The notes beneath the pieces were generated by a model that did no database searches, was not told the DNA's origin, and saw only the letters and a list, made by a program, of their open reading frames with translations. From assembly GCA_042570545.1 (NCBI GenBank), contig JBHPGJ010000009.1, forward strand, positions 1-60,623: DNA of 60,623 nt, in the 5' to 3' direction. This stretch comes from Patescibacteria group bacterium. Its GTDB lineage: Bacteria > Patescibacteriota > Patescibacteriia > JBHPGJ01. Each line of letters starts with the position of its first letter. Position 1 is the stretch's first letter. Shown here piece after piece: positions 1 through 9,447 of the stretch. Position numbers and translations under genes: made by a program.

Positions 1-483
1 ATGGCAGTGATTGAGTTTGCCAGAAATGTTGCTGGCTTGACGGGTGCAAATAGCGAAGAGGTAAGTACGAGCACAAAACATCCGGTAATACATATAATGC
101 ATGATCAAAAGAAATTACTAGCTAGTAAAAAATATGGCGGGACAATTAGATTGGGTAATTGGCCGTGTAAAATTATTAAAGATTCCGTACTAGCAAAGTC
201 GTATAAGCACACAAAAACTATACAAGAAAGACATCGACACCGATTTGAATTTAATAACACTTACCGCCGGCGCTTAGAAGCCAAGGGCTTGGTGATTAGC
301 GGTCAGTCACCAGATGGCAACTTAGTTGAGGCCATAGAAATTAAAAACCATCCATTTTTTGTTGGTACCCAGTTTCACCCGGAATATAAATCCTCACCAC
401 TAGAACCGCACCCGTTGTTCATTGGCTTTGTTAAGGCCTCAATCAAGATTAAGGCAGTATCATCAAAACGTCCTAAGAATTAA
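1..483 (+). CDS. pyrG: CTP synthase, C-terminal glutaminase domain (5' truncated by window)
   Basis: [10 protein letters not shown] and [13 protein letters not shown] motifs, GGTIRLG. Confidence 0.96.
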   Translation: MAVIEFARNVAGLTGANSEEVSTSTKHPVIHIMHDQKKLLASKKYGGTIRLGNWPCKIIKDSVLAKSYKHTKTIQERHRHRFEFNNTYRRRLEAKGLVISGQSPDGNLVEAIEIKNHPFFVGTQFHPEYKSSPLEPHPLFIGFVKASIKIKAVSSKRPKN

Positions 484-751
484 ATACTGATACTATTTTA
501 ATTTTATTAAGCTTGCCGTTAAAGTTAGTGGTTTTACGCTGACCAAAACTGACTGTCCCCTTGGAGGCAGCATACAAGGTATCATCGTTGCCGCGGCGAA
601 CATTTTTCCCAGCTCTAAACTTAGAACCCCGTTGGCGAACAATAATTTGCCCAGGTTTAACCGCCTTACCGCTGGGTATTTTAACGCCTAACCTTTTTGA
701 TTGTGAGTCGCGACCCAACGATGTTGAGCCGCCTGATTTAGTGTGTGCCAT
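473..751 (-). CDS. rpmA: 50S ribosomal protein L27
   Basis: [24 protein letters not shown]...IIVRQRG...GNDDTLYA. Confidence 0.98.
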   Translation of the reverse strand: MAHTKSGGSTSLGRDSQSKRLGVKIPSGKAVKPGQIIVRQRGSKFRAGKNVRRGNDDTLYAASKGTVSFGQRKTTNFNGKLNKIKIVSVFNS

Positions 752-777
752 TATTTATGTATCAATAGGTTTGCTGG

Positions 778-806
778 ATGATATCAAGCAAAATACATTT
801 TGTCAA
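778..806 (-). promoter_or_regulatory. Sigma70-type promoter for rpmA
   Basis: Minus strand: TTGACA (806-801), 17 bp spacer, TGa-TATCAT extended -10 (783-778). Confidence 0.7.
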
Positions 807-809
807 CAA

Positions 810-1079
810 TTATTTATATTTAATGTCGTCAGCAGTGATTATCGGTTGTTCGTCTTTTGACTCCGCCGTTTGTGTAATAGTGCTGTAGGTCTGTTCGTCG
901 ATAACTTTATCGTCACTAATTATTATTGCTTCATCGCTTTGCCAGTCTGGTATACGTGTATACAAAAACCATAGGTTTGTTATTACAAAAATCAATAATA
1001 TTGTAATTACAATAAGCCGTATTATTATGGCTATTTGTTCTTTAGAACCACTTATTTTAAATGGTAATTTAATTCTCAT
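810..1079 (-). CDS. Small single-TM protein, last gene of the pil operon (PilP position)
   Basis: One N-terminal TM helix plus acidic tail; start overlaps the end of pilO. Confidence 0.65.
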   Translation of the reverse strand: MRIKLPFKISGSKEQIAIIIRLIVITILLIFVITNLWFLYTRIPDWQSDEAIIISDDKVIDEQTYSTITQTAESKDEQPIITADDIKYK

Positions 1080-1593
1080 TATTCATATACCAATAAGTAT
1101 CTAAAGTCAGACTAATATTGTCCGGATCACTTTCTTTATATTCAAAACTTGATAGTAATAAATATTGTTCAATATGTTCAAGTGAATTAATATATGATAT
1201 TACGTTATCTAAGTCACCCTCAATAAACAGTGTTGTAGGTATGACATTAAGTTTTGCTGAATCGTCAGTGGGGGAGAAGTTAATCGTTTGCGCTAGATTA
1301 TTATCGGTGGCTAGTTGTTCAAATAGTTGAAAAAAATCAATTTCTTCACCGATGTTAAAAAAATATTTGTTTATGAGTTTTTCTTTGTCGATAACCTGTT
1401 CATATTCTGTTTGAAAAGCTTCTGATTGTTGGACTTGTTGTTGGGCCAAATTACGGTCGGCAGTTAGACCACCTATTTTTGTATAAGTAGAAGAAATTAT
1501 TTCTTTTTGCGGTCCAATAACTAAAATAAATAAGCCAAATACAATAACCAATCCTGCTAATAGATAAATATAACTTTTTTGTTTAAGTTTCAT
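1069..1593 (-). CDS. pilO: Type IV pilus alignment protein PilO-like
   Basis: TM, coiled coil, then IEGDLDNVISYINSLE (PilO-type motif); follows pilN. Confidence 0.75.
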   Translation of the reverse strand: MKLKQKSYIYLLAGLVIVFGLFILVIGPQKEIISSTYTKIGGLTADRNLAQQQVQQSEAFQTEYEQVIDKEKLINKYFFNIGEEIDFFQLFEQLATDNNLAQTINFSPTDDSAKLNVIPTTLFIEGDLDNVISYINSLEHIEQYLLLSSFEYKESDPDNISLTLDTYWYMNNEN

Positions 1594-2128
1594 TCTTGGA
1601 AGTAATCTCTATAGTTAATTGAAAACTTATATCAGTTTGAAGTGACAAGCTTGAGACTGGTAAATTAACCGTGGATACAAAATCAATATTTTCTAATTCA
1701 CTCTTTAGACTTAACAACTGGTCGCGAGTGGCTGCCTCACCGGATATTAATATTGTATTGTTATCATTATTGATTTGTAAGGCGGCAACATCTATACCCT
1801 GAGGAATGACATTAAGCAAATCCTTCAAACGATGTGACCAGGCGATATATTCTCCCTGTATATTGGAGATATAATCAAGTTTTTGGTTGATTGATGAAAT
1901 CGCTTCATCTAACGGCTGAGCCGTCGTCGCTTGTGATTGTAATGTTGTTATTTCATCAGTTAATCTCGATTCTTTGAAATCTAGATAAAATCGTGCACCT
2001 AAAACGATAAAGGCAATAAAGAAGGTTAAGAATAAGCTAACTATTACAGTATTTTTGATGAGTAAATACTGGGCTCGTTCTCGTACCTCTGTTCTTGGTC
2101 CTGGTGGTAGTAAGTTTAAATTAATCAC
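1583..2128 (-). CDS. pilN: Type IV pilus alignment protein PilN
   Basis: N-terminal INLNLLP PilM-binding motif, TM, coiled coil, ISGEA strand. Confidence 0.88.
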   Translation of the reverse strand: MINLNLLPPGPRTEVRERAQYLLIKNTVIVSLFLTFFIAFIVLGARFYLDFKESRLTDEITTLQSQATTAQPLDEAISSINQKLDYISNIQGEYIAWSHRLKDLLNVIPQGIDVAALQINNDNNTILISGEAATRDQLLSLKSELENIDFVSTVNLPVSSLSLQTDISFQLTIEITSKNET

Positions 2129-3182
2129 CTTGGTAGCGTTTAAGGGCTAAGCCAACAGTAGTCGCAAAAGATAGTTTTCTTTCGGCGTCGAATTCTTTAC
2201 TAATTTTGTTTTCCTCAATATTTATCAGTGAGTTTCCAATTGCCACGTCCTGCTTAAGTCTGGTTTTAATGTATGTATCCAAACCGACTAAGCTTGCTCC
2301 TGAACCGGTTAATAAAACTTGTTTGATGTCACGACCGTAGGAAAAGTCATTTTGATAATATATTTCAATTTGTTTTATTTTAGTAATAAGGTCATTTAGC
2401 TCAGGAAGTAATATTTTGCGAACTTCTCCTTTGCCCTTTTTAGGATCAAGGCCACATATTCTTTTCGCTTTGGCGGCTTCTTTATAAGACAGTTTGGTTT
2501 TTTCAGCTATAGCTTCGATTAAAGAATGATCATGTAGATCAAGAGCTGATGTAAATTGTATTGCGCCGTGATCATATAGTATCATTGTAGAATGCTTACT
2601 GCCGATATCTATAATAAGAATTGGCTGCTTGTCATCGGGTAAGCCGTCAGGAATTATACCTCTAGCGGTAGCGACTGATTCTACTTCAAAACCGAGTGGA
2701 ATAATTTTTGCAATTTTTAAAAGTTCAATCAAATTATCGGCCACTACTTTCTCAACAGCTCCAAGCATTACTCGAGTTGATTCCTTATTTTTTATTGCTG
2801 GAATTATCTGCCAATCTAAATACATATCATCAATAGGGAATGGTAAATGCTGAGCTGCTATTTGCTTAACAAAATCCTTGGTGTTTTTTTTATAACCATC
2901 AGGTAATTCAATGATTTTAAGAAAAGTTTTCATTTCTGGTATAGATACAAAAGCGTACTGTGAACGAAATCTTCCCGGTAAGGCATTAATTAACTCTTGT
3001 AACAGGGAGGAGGCTTTAGTGCGATCAATAACAATGCCACTTTGCATGATTTTATCATCTATTTTAATCTCGGCATAACCTTCCAATGTTGATTTGTTTT
3101 TTCCCTGATCTACGGTGGCAATTCTAAAAGCTGAATCGGTTAAATCTAGGCCAATTTTTTTGTGAAAGGGATTAAATAGCAT
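2121..3182 (-). CDS. pilM: Type IV pilus assembly protein PilM (actin-like)
   Basis: IGLDL, HLPFPIDDMYLDWQ, IIDIG, LLTGSGA, VGLALK. Confidence 0.92.
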   Translation of the reverse strand: MLFNPFHKKIGLDLTDSAFRIATVDQGKNKSTLEGYAEIKIDDKIMQSGIVIDRTKASSLLQELINALPGRFRSQYAFVSIPEMKTFLKIIELPDGYKKNTKDFVKQIAAQHLPFPIDDMYLDWQIIPAIKNKESTRVMLGAVEKVVADNLIELLKIAKIIPLGFEVESVATARGIIPDGLPDDKQPILIIDIGSKHSTMILYDHGAIQFTSALDLHDHSLIEAIAEKTKLSYKEAAKAKRICGLDPKKGKGEVRKILLPELNDLITKIKQIEIYYQNDFSYGRDIKQVLLTGSGASLVGLDTYIKTRLKQDVAIGNSLINIEENKISKEFDAERKLSFATTVGLALKRYQGD

Positions 3183-4399
3183 TACAACGCCTCAGATAGT
3201 TGATAAATTGGGAGAATTATTGACACCGCCATACCAGCCACGCCAACACCTAGTAATAGCATAATTATTGGCTCGATTAAAGATGATAAACTTGCCATTG
3301 TAAGGTCGACTTCTTCCTCATAAAAAGTGGCAATTTCACCTGATATTGTATCAAGGGTACCGCTCTCTTCGCCAATAGATACCATTTGTCTAGTTACTGG
3401 CGGAAATAGCATAGGGTAATTTTGTAACGTTTTGCTTACACTAACTCCGGTTTTTATTTTTTCGGCGATTTCAGTGCAAGCCACTTTATATTCTGTATTA
3501 CCAAGTGTAGAAGCAATAATATTAAAACTTTGAACTATAGGTATGTCGGTTTCTAAGAGTGAACTTAAAGTTCGTGAAAATCTGGCTAAATTTATTTTTT
3601 TAACCACTGGTGAAAAAATCGGCATTCGGAGTAAAATTTTATCTTTTATTTCTATACCTTTTTTTGTTTTAAGCAATCGGTAGAGGGAAAAAATAACTAT
3701 GGCGACTGCTGACAGGGCAATGTACCATTGCTTGGTTAAAAAATCGCTAGTAGCAATAAGTATTTTAGTCGGTAACGGCAGCTCTACCGCTGATTCGGAA
3801 AAGACAGCTGTTAACTGTGGAACAACAAAAACCATTGTTACTACTCCCACTGCCACCATAGCTATCAGCACAATTACTGGATAAGTAAGTGCTGATTTTA
3901 CTTTACTTATCATGCTGTGGTCTTTTTTCATCTGAACTGATAGCCGTTTTAATACCTCATCTAATTTACCACTTGATTCACCAGCGGCTATCATATTGAT
4001 AAACATCTCGGGAAAAACTTTTTTATGGGCTGACATCGCCTTTGATAAACTTTTACCGGATTCGACATCTACTCTTAGTTGTTCAATAATATTTTTAAAT
4101 TTTTTGTTATTTGTCTGCAATGATAGGGTAGACAGGGCTTTGCTTATTGAGAAGCCGGTTTTGATCATTATGTATAAATGCTGAGTAAAGAATAGCTTTT
4201 CTACTAATCTGACGCCTCCGAATATGTTATTTAGCTTTTGAATAAAACTAGTATTACCTTCTTTTTGCGGTGTTAGTTCATCAATTGATAAACCCTGCTC
4301 TTCAAGTTTTTGCCGAGCATCAGATTCACTAATTGCAATGATGGTATCCTTAGTTTTTTTGCCGTCTATTCCCTTGGCCTTATAAAAGAACTGAGCCAT
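3182..4399 (-). CDS. pilC: Type IV pilus platform protein PilC (T2SS F family)
   Basis: AGESSGKLD, SALTYP, IGEESGTLD, LIEP motifs. Confidence 0.95.
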   Translation of the reverse strand: MAQFFYKAKGIDGKKTKDTIIAISESDARQKLEEQGLSIDELTPQKEGNTSFIQKLNNIFGGVRLVEKLFFTQHLYIMIKTGFSISKALSTLSLQTNNKKFKNIIEQLRVDVESGKSLSKAMSAHKKVFPEMFINMIAAGESSGKLDEVLKRLSVQMKKDHSMISKVKSALTYPVIVLIAMVAVGVVTMVFVVPQLTAVFSESAVELPLPTKILIATSDFLTKQWYIALSAVAIVIFSLYRLLKTKKGIEIKDKILLRMPIFSPVVKKINLARFSRTLSSLLETDIPIVQSFNIIASTLGNTEYKVACTEIAEKIKTGVSVSKTLQNYPMLFPPVTRQMVSIGEESGTLDTISGEIATFYEEEVDLTMASLSSLIEPIIMLLLGVGVAGMAVSIILPIYQLSEAL

Positions 4400-4400
4400 A

Positions 4401-6125
4401 TTATTCTTGTGTAACTCTTAATACTTCCTCAATTGTTGTTACGCCTAGTTTTGCTTTAATAAAACCATCGTGAATAATTTCTAACATGCCTTGCTCTCTA
4501 GCAGCCTCTTTTAATCTCTCGGCTGCTGCTTGATTTAATATTAAATCGGATATTTTTGGTGTTATTTCTAATATTTCATATATACCAACTCGGCCTTTGT
4601 AGCCATCGTGGTTGCATTGATTACAACCCTTGCCACGGTAAAATAATAGATTATCAAGTGATTGTTCCGCCGATACAATTGCTCCTTCGTGCTCTAAGGT
4701 CTTAAGAATATTTTTAAAATTGATTTGCCGCTCAAGTTCCTCAATATTTTTCTTGGTTAAGGTATAGCTCATGATACAGTTTTGGCAGACTTTTCTTACT
4801 AATCTTTGTGCCAAAACGACATTGGTGGTTGATGCAATTAGAAACGATGGCACACCCATTTCTTCCAAACGAGGTAGGGTAGTAACCGCATCGTTGGTGT
4901 GTAAAGTGGACAATACCAAATGACCGGTCATGGCTGAATGGGTAGCAATCTCCGCCGTATCTTTATCTCTAATTTCGCCAACCATAATTATATCGGGATC
5001 TTGTCGTAAAAGAGAACGTAGGCCATTCGCAAACGAATAACCAATGCGGACATTTACTTGACTTTGATTTATTCTCGGCATGCGATATTCAATCGGATCT
5101 TCAACTGTCGATATGTTCACATCAGGCTTATTAAGAACGTTAATAACACTGTATAAAGTAGTGGTCTTTCCTGAACCGGTTGGACCAGTCACTAAAATCA
5201 TACCGTGTGGTTTTTTAATATTACGTTTAAGAATTTCTAAGGGACCTGGTTGGAAGCCTAGGTCTTCCAACGTTTTAACCTGAGCAGTTTCACGCAATAA
5301 TCTCAGAACGGCTTTCTCGCCATCATATACCGGTAAGATGGAAACACGAAACGAAACTTTTTGATCATTTGACTCAATTTTAAAGCGACCATCTTGAGGT
5401 AAGCGGTGCTCATCAATTTTAAGCATAGAAAGTATTTTAATTCTGGCTAAAACTCCTGATTTAACTGATTTAGGTAGAGACATAACATCTCGTAAAATAC
5501 CGTCAATTCGGTATCGAACTATCATTCCTTTTTCCATCGGTTCTATATGGATATCAGAAGCACCCTCAAAAATGGCATATTCTAATAAAGTATCCACCAT
5601 TTTTATTACTGGTAGATCTTCAGCTAACTCTTTTAATGATTGAGCTGTTTCTAGCTTACCTTTCTCTTGGGTAATATCTTGAAATTCTGCTTTCAGACCC
5701 TTGTGAAATTGCTTTAGCACCTCTTGTATACTACTTGGAGATGTTAGATGTAATTCTGGCTTAAGTCCTGTTTTTTTCTCTATAAATTCAAAGGTTTGTA
5801 GATCCGAAGGATCGATTACTGCTAATTTAATACTTTTCTCATCTTTTTCAAAAGCAATAACTTTATGCTTTTGTACTATTGGCTCAGGTAGAATTGATAG
5901 TATATCTCTTCTTATAACCTGATTTTTTAAATCAACAAAAGGGATTTTGAAATAATTAGCTGCCGATTCGTAAAGAGAATTTTCATCAATAATGTGATCT
6001 TGTATTATAAATTCAGCTAAGTTTGCTTTTTTAGCTTTAGCTTTTTTTATAGCTTCTTTTAATTCATTGTCGGCTAGAAGCTGTCCGTCCTTGATAATCT
6101 CAATCGTTTGTTTTTCTTTTAGCAT
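4401..6125 (-). CDS. pilB: Type IV pilus extension ATPase PilB (GspE/PulE family)
   Basis: ASDIHIEP, RLPQDGR, Walker A GPTGSGKTT, LRQDPDIIMVGEIRD, TGHLVLSTLHTN, tetracysteine motif. Confidence 0.96.
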   Translation of the reverse strand: MLKEKQTIEIIKDGQLLADNELKEAIKKAKAKKANLAEFIIQDHIIDENSLYESAANYFKIPFVDLKNQVIRRDILSILPEPIVQKHKVIAFEKDEKSIKLAVIDPSDLQTFEFIEKKTGLKPELHLTSPSSIQEVLKQFHKGLKAEFQDITQEKGKLETAQSLKELAEDLPVIKMVDTLLEYAIFEGASDIHIEPMEKGMIVRYRIDGILRDVMSLPKSVKSGVLARIKILSMLKIDEHRLPQDGRFKIESNDQKVSFRVSILPVYDGEKAVLRLLRETAQVKTLEDLGFQPGPLEILKRNIKKPHGMILVTGPTGSGKTTTLYSVINVLNKPDVNISTVEDPIEYRMPRINQSQVNVRIGYSFANGLRSLLRQDPDIIMVGEIRDKDTAEIATHSAMTGHLVLSTLHTNDAVTTLPRLEEMGVPSFLIASTTNVVLAQRLVRKVCQNCIMSYTLTKKNIEELERQINFKNILKTLEHEGAIVSAEQSLDNLLFYRGKGCNQCNHDGYKGRVGIYEILEITPKISDLILNQAAAERLKEAAREQGMLEIIHDGFIKAKLGVTTIEEVLRVTQE

Positions 6126-6153
6126 GGGGCACCTTAGGCTGAAAAGTTATGAT

Positions 6154-6183
6154 ATTATAGCACAAAATTAGCCTCCTCGTCAA
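6154..6183 (-). promoter_or_regulatory. Sigma70-type promoter for the pil operon
   Basis: Minus strand: TTGACG (6183-6178), 18 bp spacer, TGc-TATAAT (6159-6154). Confidence 0.65.
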
Positions 6184-6195
6184 TATAAATATTGT

Positions 6196-7962
6196 TTAAC
6201 GCAAATCGTAAATATAAATAGTATGGCCAATTATGTGGTCAGGTTCACGTTGTCTTAACCATTCAAAATTTAAGTCTTCAGAATATAAAACGCCGGCACT
6301 TATAGCAATAAAATAATTTGGTAAGCCGTGTCTACTTATATCATCGTCGTTTGGTACCGGTTGAATATTATTAATGTAATAAGTTGGATCGGCTGATCCA
6401 AAATATGCAAAATGGAAATCAGTGATATATTCTTTATCAATGTATTTCTTTAGTAACTTTAAATCTTGACCCCAATCCAGATTTGAATCTAGTAAGATTT
6501 GGTGTCCATTTTTTGCGCCACCAACTATTTCATTGAAGTAAGTTAAATAATGTGGAAATATTGATATCGAACTAACGACGTAAACCAGCAGTAGGATAAT
6601 TGCTGTGTATCTCATCCAGATATTACTTTTTATTAATTTGTTTGTTGCCCAGGCGGCCATAATTATAACGAATGGAAAAACTGGTAATATGTGCCGAACA
6701 CCTAGATTAATATTACTAAGCATAGAGAATGTAAAATATATTAAAGGCGGTACGGTTATAATAATCCATTTACTGTCTGCCGTTTTGCATCTATTTATGA
6801 AGTCAGTAAATTTATGACTAAATAATTTTTTAATAATAAATATTAATGAAAAAATTAAGAATATTAATAACGAAACCGGCACCTTTACCAGAAAGGCAAT
6901 GGGGAAGTAGTACCACCAACCAAATTGGGATTGTTCGCCTAGTAAATAAGCACCATGACCCGTTTGGTTGTGAGAAAAGACACTCGTCAGACCACGCCAA
7001 TATGAATATGCCGGAATAGGCACTGATTCAAGAAAGTTTTTAGTAAGTGCCCCAAAATTAGTGTTGGGATCAAATATATTTATTGTTGTTTTTACAAATG
7101 GCAACTGTTCATCTACCGTATCACTTTCAACTATCTCATTTAGTTCACTATAAAGAGAAGCTATGCGCGGATCATCATTTGGTACCTGGACCTGAAAACC
7201 GTAAAAACCCCAGATAGATAATATGGTTATGCCCAGATAAACAAATATAATTTTAAATAAACTAAATTTTTTAATAGATAGATCAGAAGAATTTATCTGC
7301 CAGCGATATAGTAAATATATAATTAGCAGGGTGGGAATTAAGATTATACTTGAAAATTTTGTTAGTAACGCTAAGACAAAGATAAAAGCAGCAAAGACCA
7401 GTCTCTTTGTTGAAGGTTTTAATAAATAATTATAGAAAGTAATTACCGAACCAAAGAAAGTTAATGTCAATGGAACGTCGGTGGTAATTAATCTGCCGTG
7501 AGCAATAATATTTGGCTCAAAAACAATAAATAACGAAACCAGAGCAGCGGTTGTTTTGCCAAAATAATTTTTTGTCCAATACCAAACCAGCCATAAAAGT
7601 GTCAAACTAATTAATATCATAGGTAAACGGCCGGCTAATAATAAACTATCAGCTGGTACAGTATTGTCGTATAAAAATGCTCGTCCGAATTCCCATTGAT
7701 TGTATTCTTGCCAAGCAGGGTTATCAAGTGGTAATCTGGGATTTAGTGGTAAGACAAAAAGACCAGCCAAGAATTTTACCAGGGGCGGGTGCTCAGGATT
7801 TATACGCCAGTCACCGGTGGCCAGATAACTATAACCAGCTGATAAATGTGGACCTTCATCAATGGTTTGCGATTTAAACAAAGCACTACCAAACAGCAGA
7901 GTAAACATTATCAGACTCGCCAAAATGATCAACCAAGTACTTTTATGACTTGCTTTAAACAT
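6196..7962 (-). CDS. GT-C fold membrane glycosyltransferase (GT39/ArnT/PMT-like)
   Basis: TIDEGPHL acidic pair in loop 1, NPEHPPLVK, TTDVP, GVRHILP, DSNLDWGQDL; many TM helices. Confidence 0.85.
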   Translation of the reverse strand: MFKASHKSTWLIILASLIMFTLLFGSALFKSQTIDEGPHLSAGYSYLATGDWRINPEHPPLVKFLAGLFVLPLNPRLPLDNPAWQEYNQWEFGRAFLYDNTVPADSLLLAGRLPMILISLTLLWLVWYWTKNYFGKTTAALVSLFIVFEPNIIAHGRLITTDVPLTLTFFGSVITFYNYLLKPSTKRLVFAAFIFVLALLTKFSSIILIPTLLIIYLLYRWQINSSDLSIKKFSLFKIIFVYLGITILSIWGFYGFQVQVPNDDPRIASLYSELNEIVESDTVDEQLPFVKTTINIFDPNTNFGALTKNFLESVPIPAYSYWRGLTSVFSHNQTGHGAYLLGEQSQFGWWYYFPIAFLVKVPVSLLIFLIFSLIFIIKKLFSHKFTDFINRCKTADSKWIIITVPPLIYFTFSMLSNINLGVRHILPVFPFVIIMAAWATNKLIKSNIWMRYTAIILLLVYVVSSISIFPHYLTYFNEIVGGAKNGHQILLDSNLDWGQDLKLLKKYIDKEYITDFHFAYFGSADPTYYINNIQPVPNDDDISRHGLPNYFIAISAGVLYSEDLNFEWLRQREPDHIIGHTIYIYDLR

Positions 7963-7964
7963 AA

Positions 7965-8333
7965 ATGATATTTATAACTAGGTTAAAAGAATCCATAATA
8001 TTTAGAAGTTGGCCAGCCAGAGTGATAATACTCTTATCGCTCTTACTACTAATAGGGTTGTGGGCTTATATTCTGACTACGAAAAAACCGGTCGAAAATA
8101 TTGTTCCCTTACATTATAACATATATTTTGGTATTGATTTGTTCACTGAGTGGTATAAAATATTTCTTATCCCGATAAGCGGTACAATGATTTTAATTTT
8201 CAATTTGTTATTATCCGTATACTTGATAAAGGACAACACTTTATTAATTTACACCTTACTCCTAGCGGCTCTTATATGTCAGATGATACTTAGCGCTTCC
8301 TCCTATCTAATAATTTCTCAAATTTACTTTTAA
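7965..8333 (+). CDS. Three-TM membrane protein (DUF1648-like) coupled to mraY
   Basis: TM-PLHYNIYFGID-TM-TM; stop overlaps mraY start (TAATG). Confidence 0.7.
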   Translation: MIFITRLKESIIFRSWPARVIILLSLLLLIGLWAYILTTKKPVENIVPLHYNIYFGIDLFTEWYKIFLIPISGTMILIFNLLLSVYLIKDNTLLIYTLLLAALICQMILSASSYLIISQIYF

Positions 8334-9379
8334 TGTATTCAACAGCTGACGTTATATCAATATTTTTAACAGCTACGATTGCCTTTGTAGTAACTATGTT
8401 TCTGACGCCAATTTTAACACACTGGTTATATAAATATCGATTAACTAAACAGATAAGAGTAAGCGACAAGACGCCGGTTTATTCTGAATTACATAAGCAC
8501 AAGGCCGGTACACCAACCATGGGCGGTATTTTGATCTGGGGTACAACTCTATTATTAGCCTTAGTATTTTATTATTTATCCCGGATAAGTGATCTGGATA
8601 TCATTAACCGTTTAAACTTTTTATCTCGACCACAAACACTATTACCCCTAGGAGCTTTGATAGCATCAGCCTTAGTTGGTTTAGTAGATGATTTTTGGAA
8701 CGTCAAACGTATTGGACCCGCTGGCGGAGGGTTGCGTGTTCGCCATAGATTAATTATTTATTCAATAATTGCTGCCGTTGGTGCCTGGTGGTTTTATTTT
8801 AAACTAGATTGGACTACTATCCACGTGCCTTTTATTGGTAATTTTGATATCGGCATATGGTATATTCCCATATTCTTATTTATTATTGTAGCTACCTCAT
8901 TTTCAGTAAATGAAACTGATGGACTTGACGGTTTAGCTGGTGGGACATTACTTACCGCCTTTGGTGCCTACGGCATAATTGCTATAGTTCAGGGCCGGAT
9001 AGATCTAGCAGCTTTCTGTGCGGCAATTATCGGGGCGTTACTTGCTTTTCTTTGGTTTAATATACCGCCGGCTAGATTTATTATGGGTGATACCGGCGCT
9101 ATGAGCCTGGGAGTGACCTTAGGCATTGTTGCCATGTTAACAAATGAATTATTTTTATTACCAATTATAGGTTTAGTTTTAGTTGTAGTATCACTTTCAG
9201 TAATAATACAAATTATTGGTCGAAGAGTTTTTAAGAAAAAGATATTTTTGTCTGCTCCATTGCATCATCATCTGGAGGCTAAGGGTTGGTCAGAATCAAA
9301 AATTGTAATGAGATCCTGGGTCATTTCTGGTGTGATGACAGTAATCGGTCTCATTATATTTCTATTGGATAAAGCCTAA
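8333..9379 (+). CDS. mraY: Phospho-N-acetylmuramoyl-pentapeptide transferase
   Basis: KAGTPTMGG, GLVDD, VNETDGLDGL, IMGDTG, APLHHHLE. Confidence 0.97.
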   Translation: MYSTADVISIFLTATIAFVVTMFLTPILTHWLYKYRLTKQIRVSDKTPVYSELHKHKAGTPTMGGILIWGTTLLLALVFYYLSRISDLDIINRLNFLSRPQTLLPLGALIASALVGLVDDFWNVKRIGPAGGGLRVRHRLIIYSIIAAVGAWWFYFKLDWTTIHVPFIGNFDIGIWYIPIFLFIIVATSFSVNETDGLDGLAGGTLLTAFGAYGIIAIVQGRIDLAAFCAAIIGALLAFLWFNIPPARFIMGDTGAMSLGVTLGIVAMLTNELFLLPIIGLVLVVVSLSVIIQIIGRRVFKKKIFLSAPLHHHLEAKGWSESKIVMRSWVISGVMTVIGLIIFLLDKA

Positions 9380-9402
9380 AATTGGTTAATAAAATAATAA
9401 TT

Positions 9403-9437
9403 AGCAGCTAGAAATAGCCGCTTGTTTGTGGTATAGT
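9403..9437 (+). promoter_or_regulatory. Weak GAAA-tetraloop hairpin after mraY and extended -10 element upstream of murD
   Basis: GCTA-GAAA-TAGC (9407-9418) followed by TGTTT; TGg-TATAGT at 9429-9437, 10 nt before the ATG. Confidence 0.4.
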
Positions 9438-9447
9438 AGTCGTTGTC

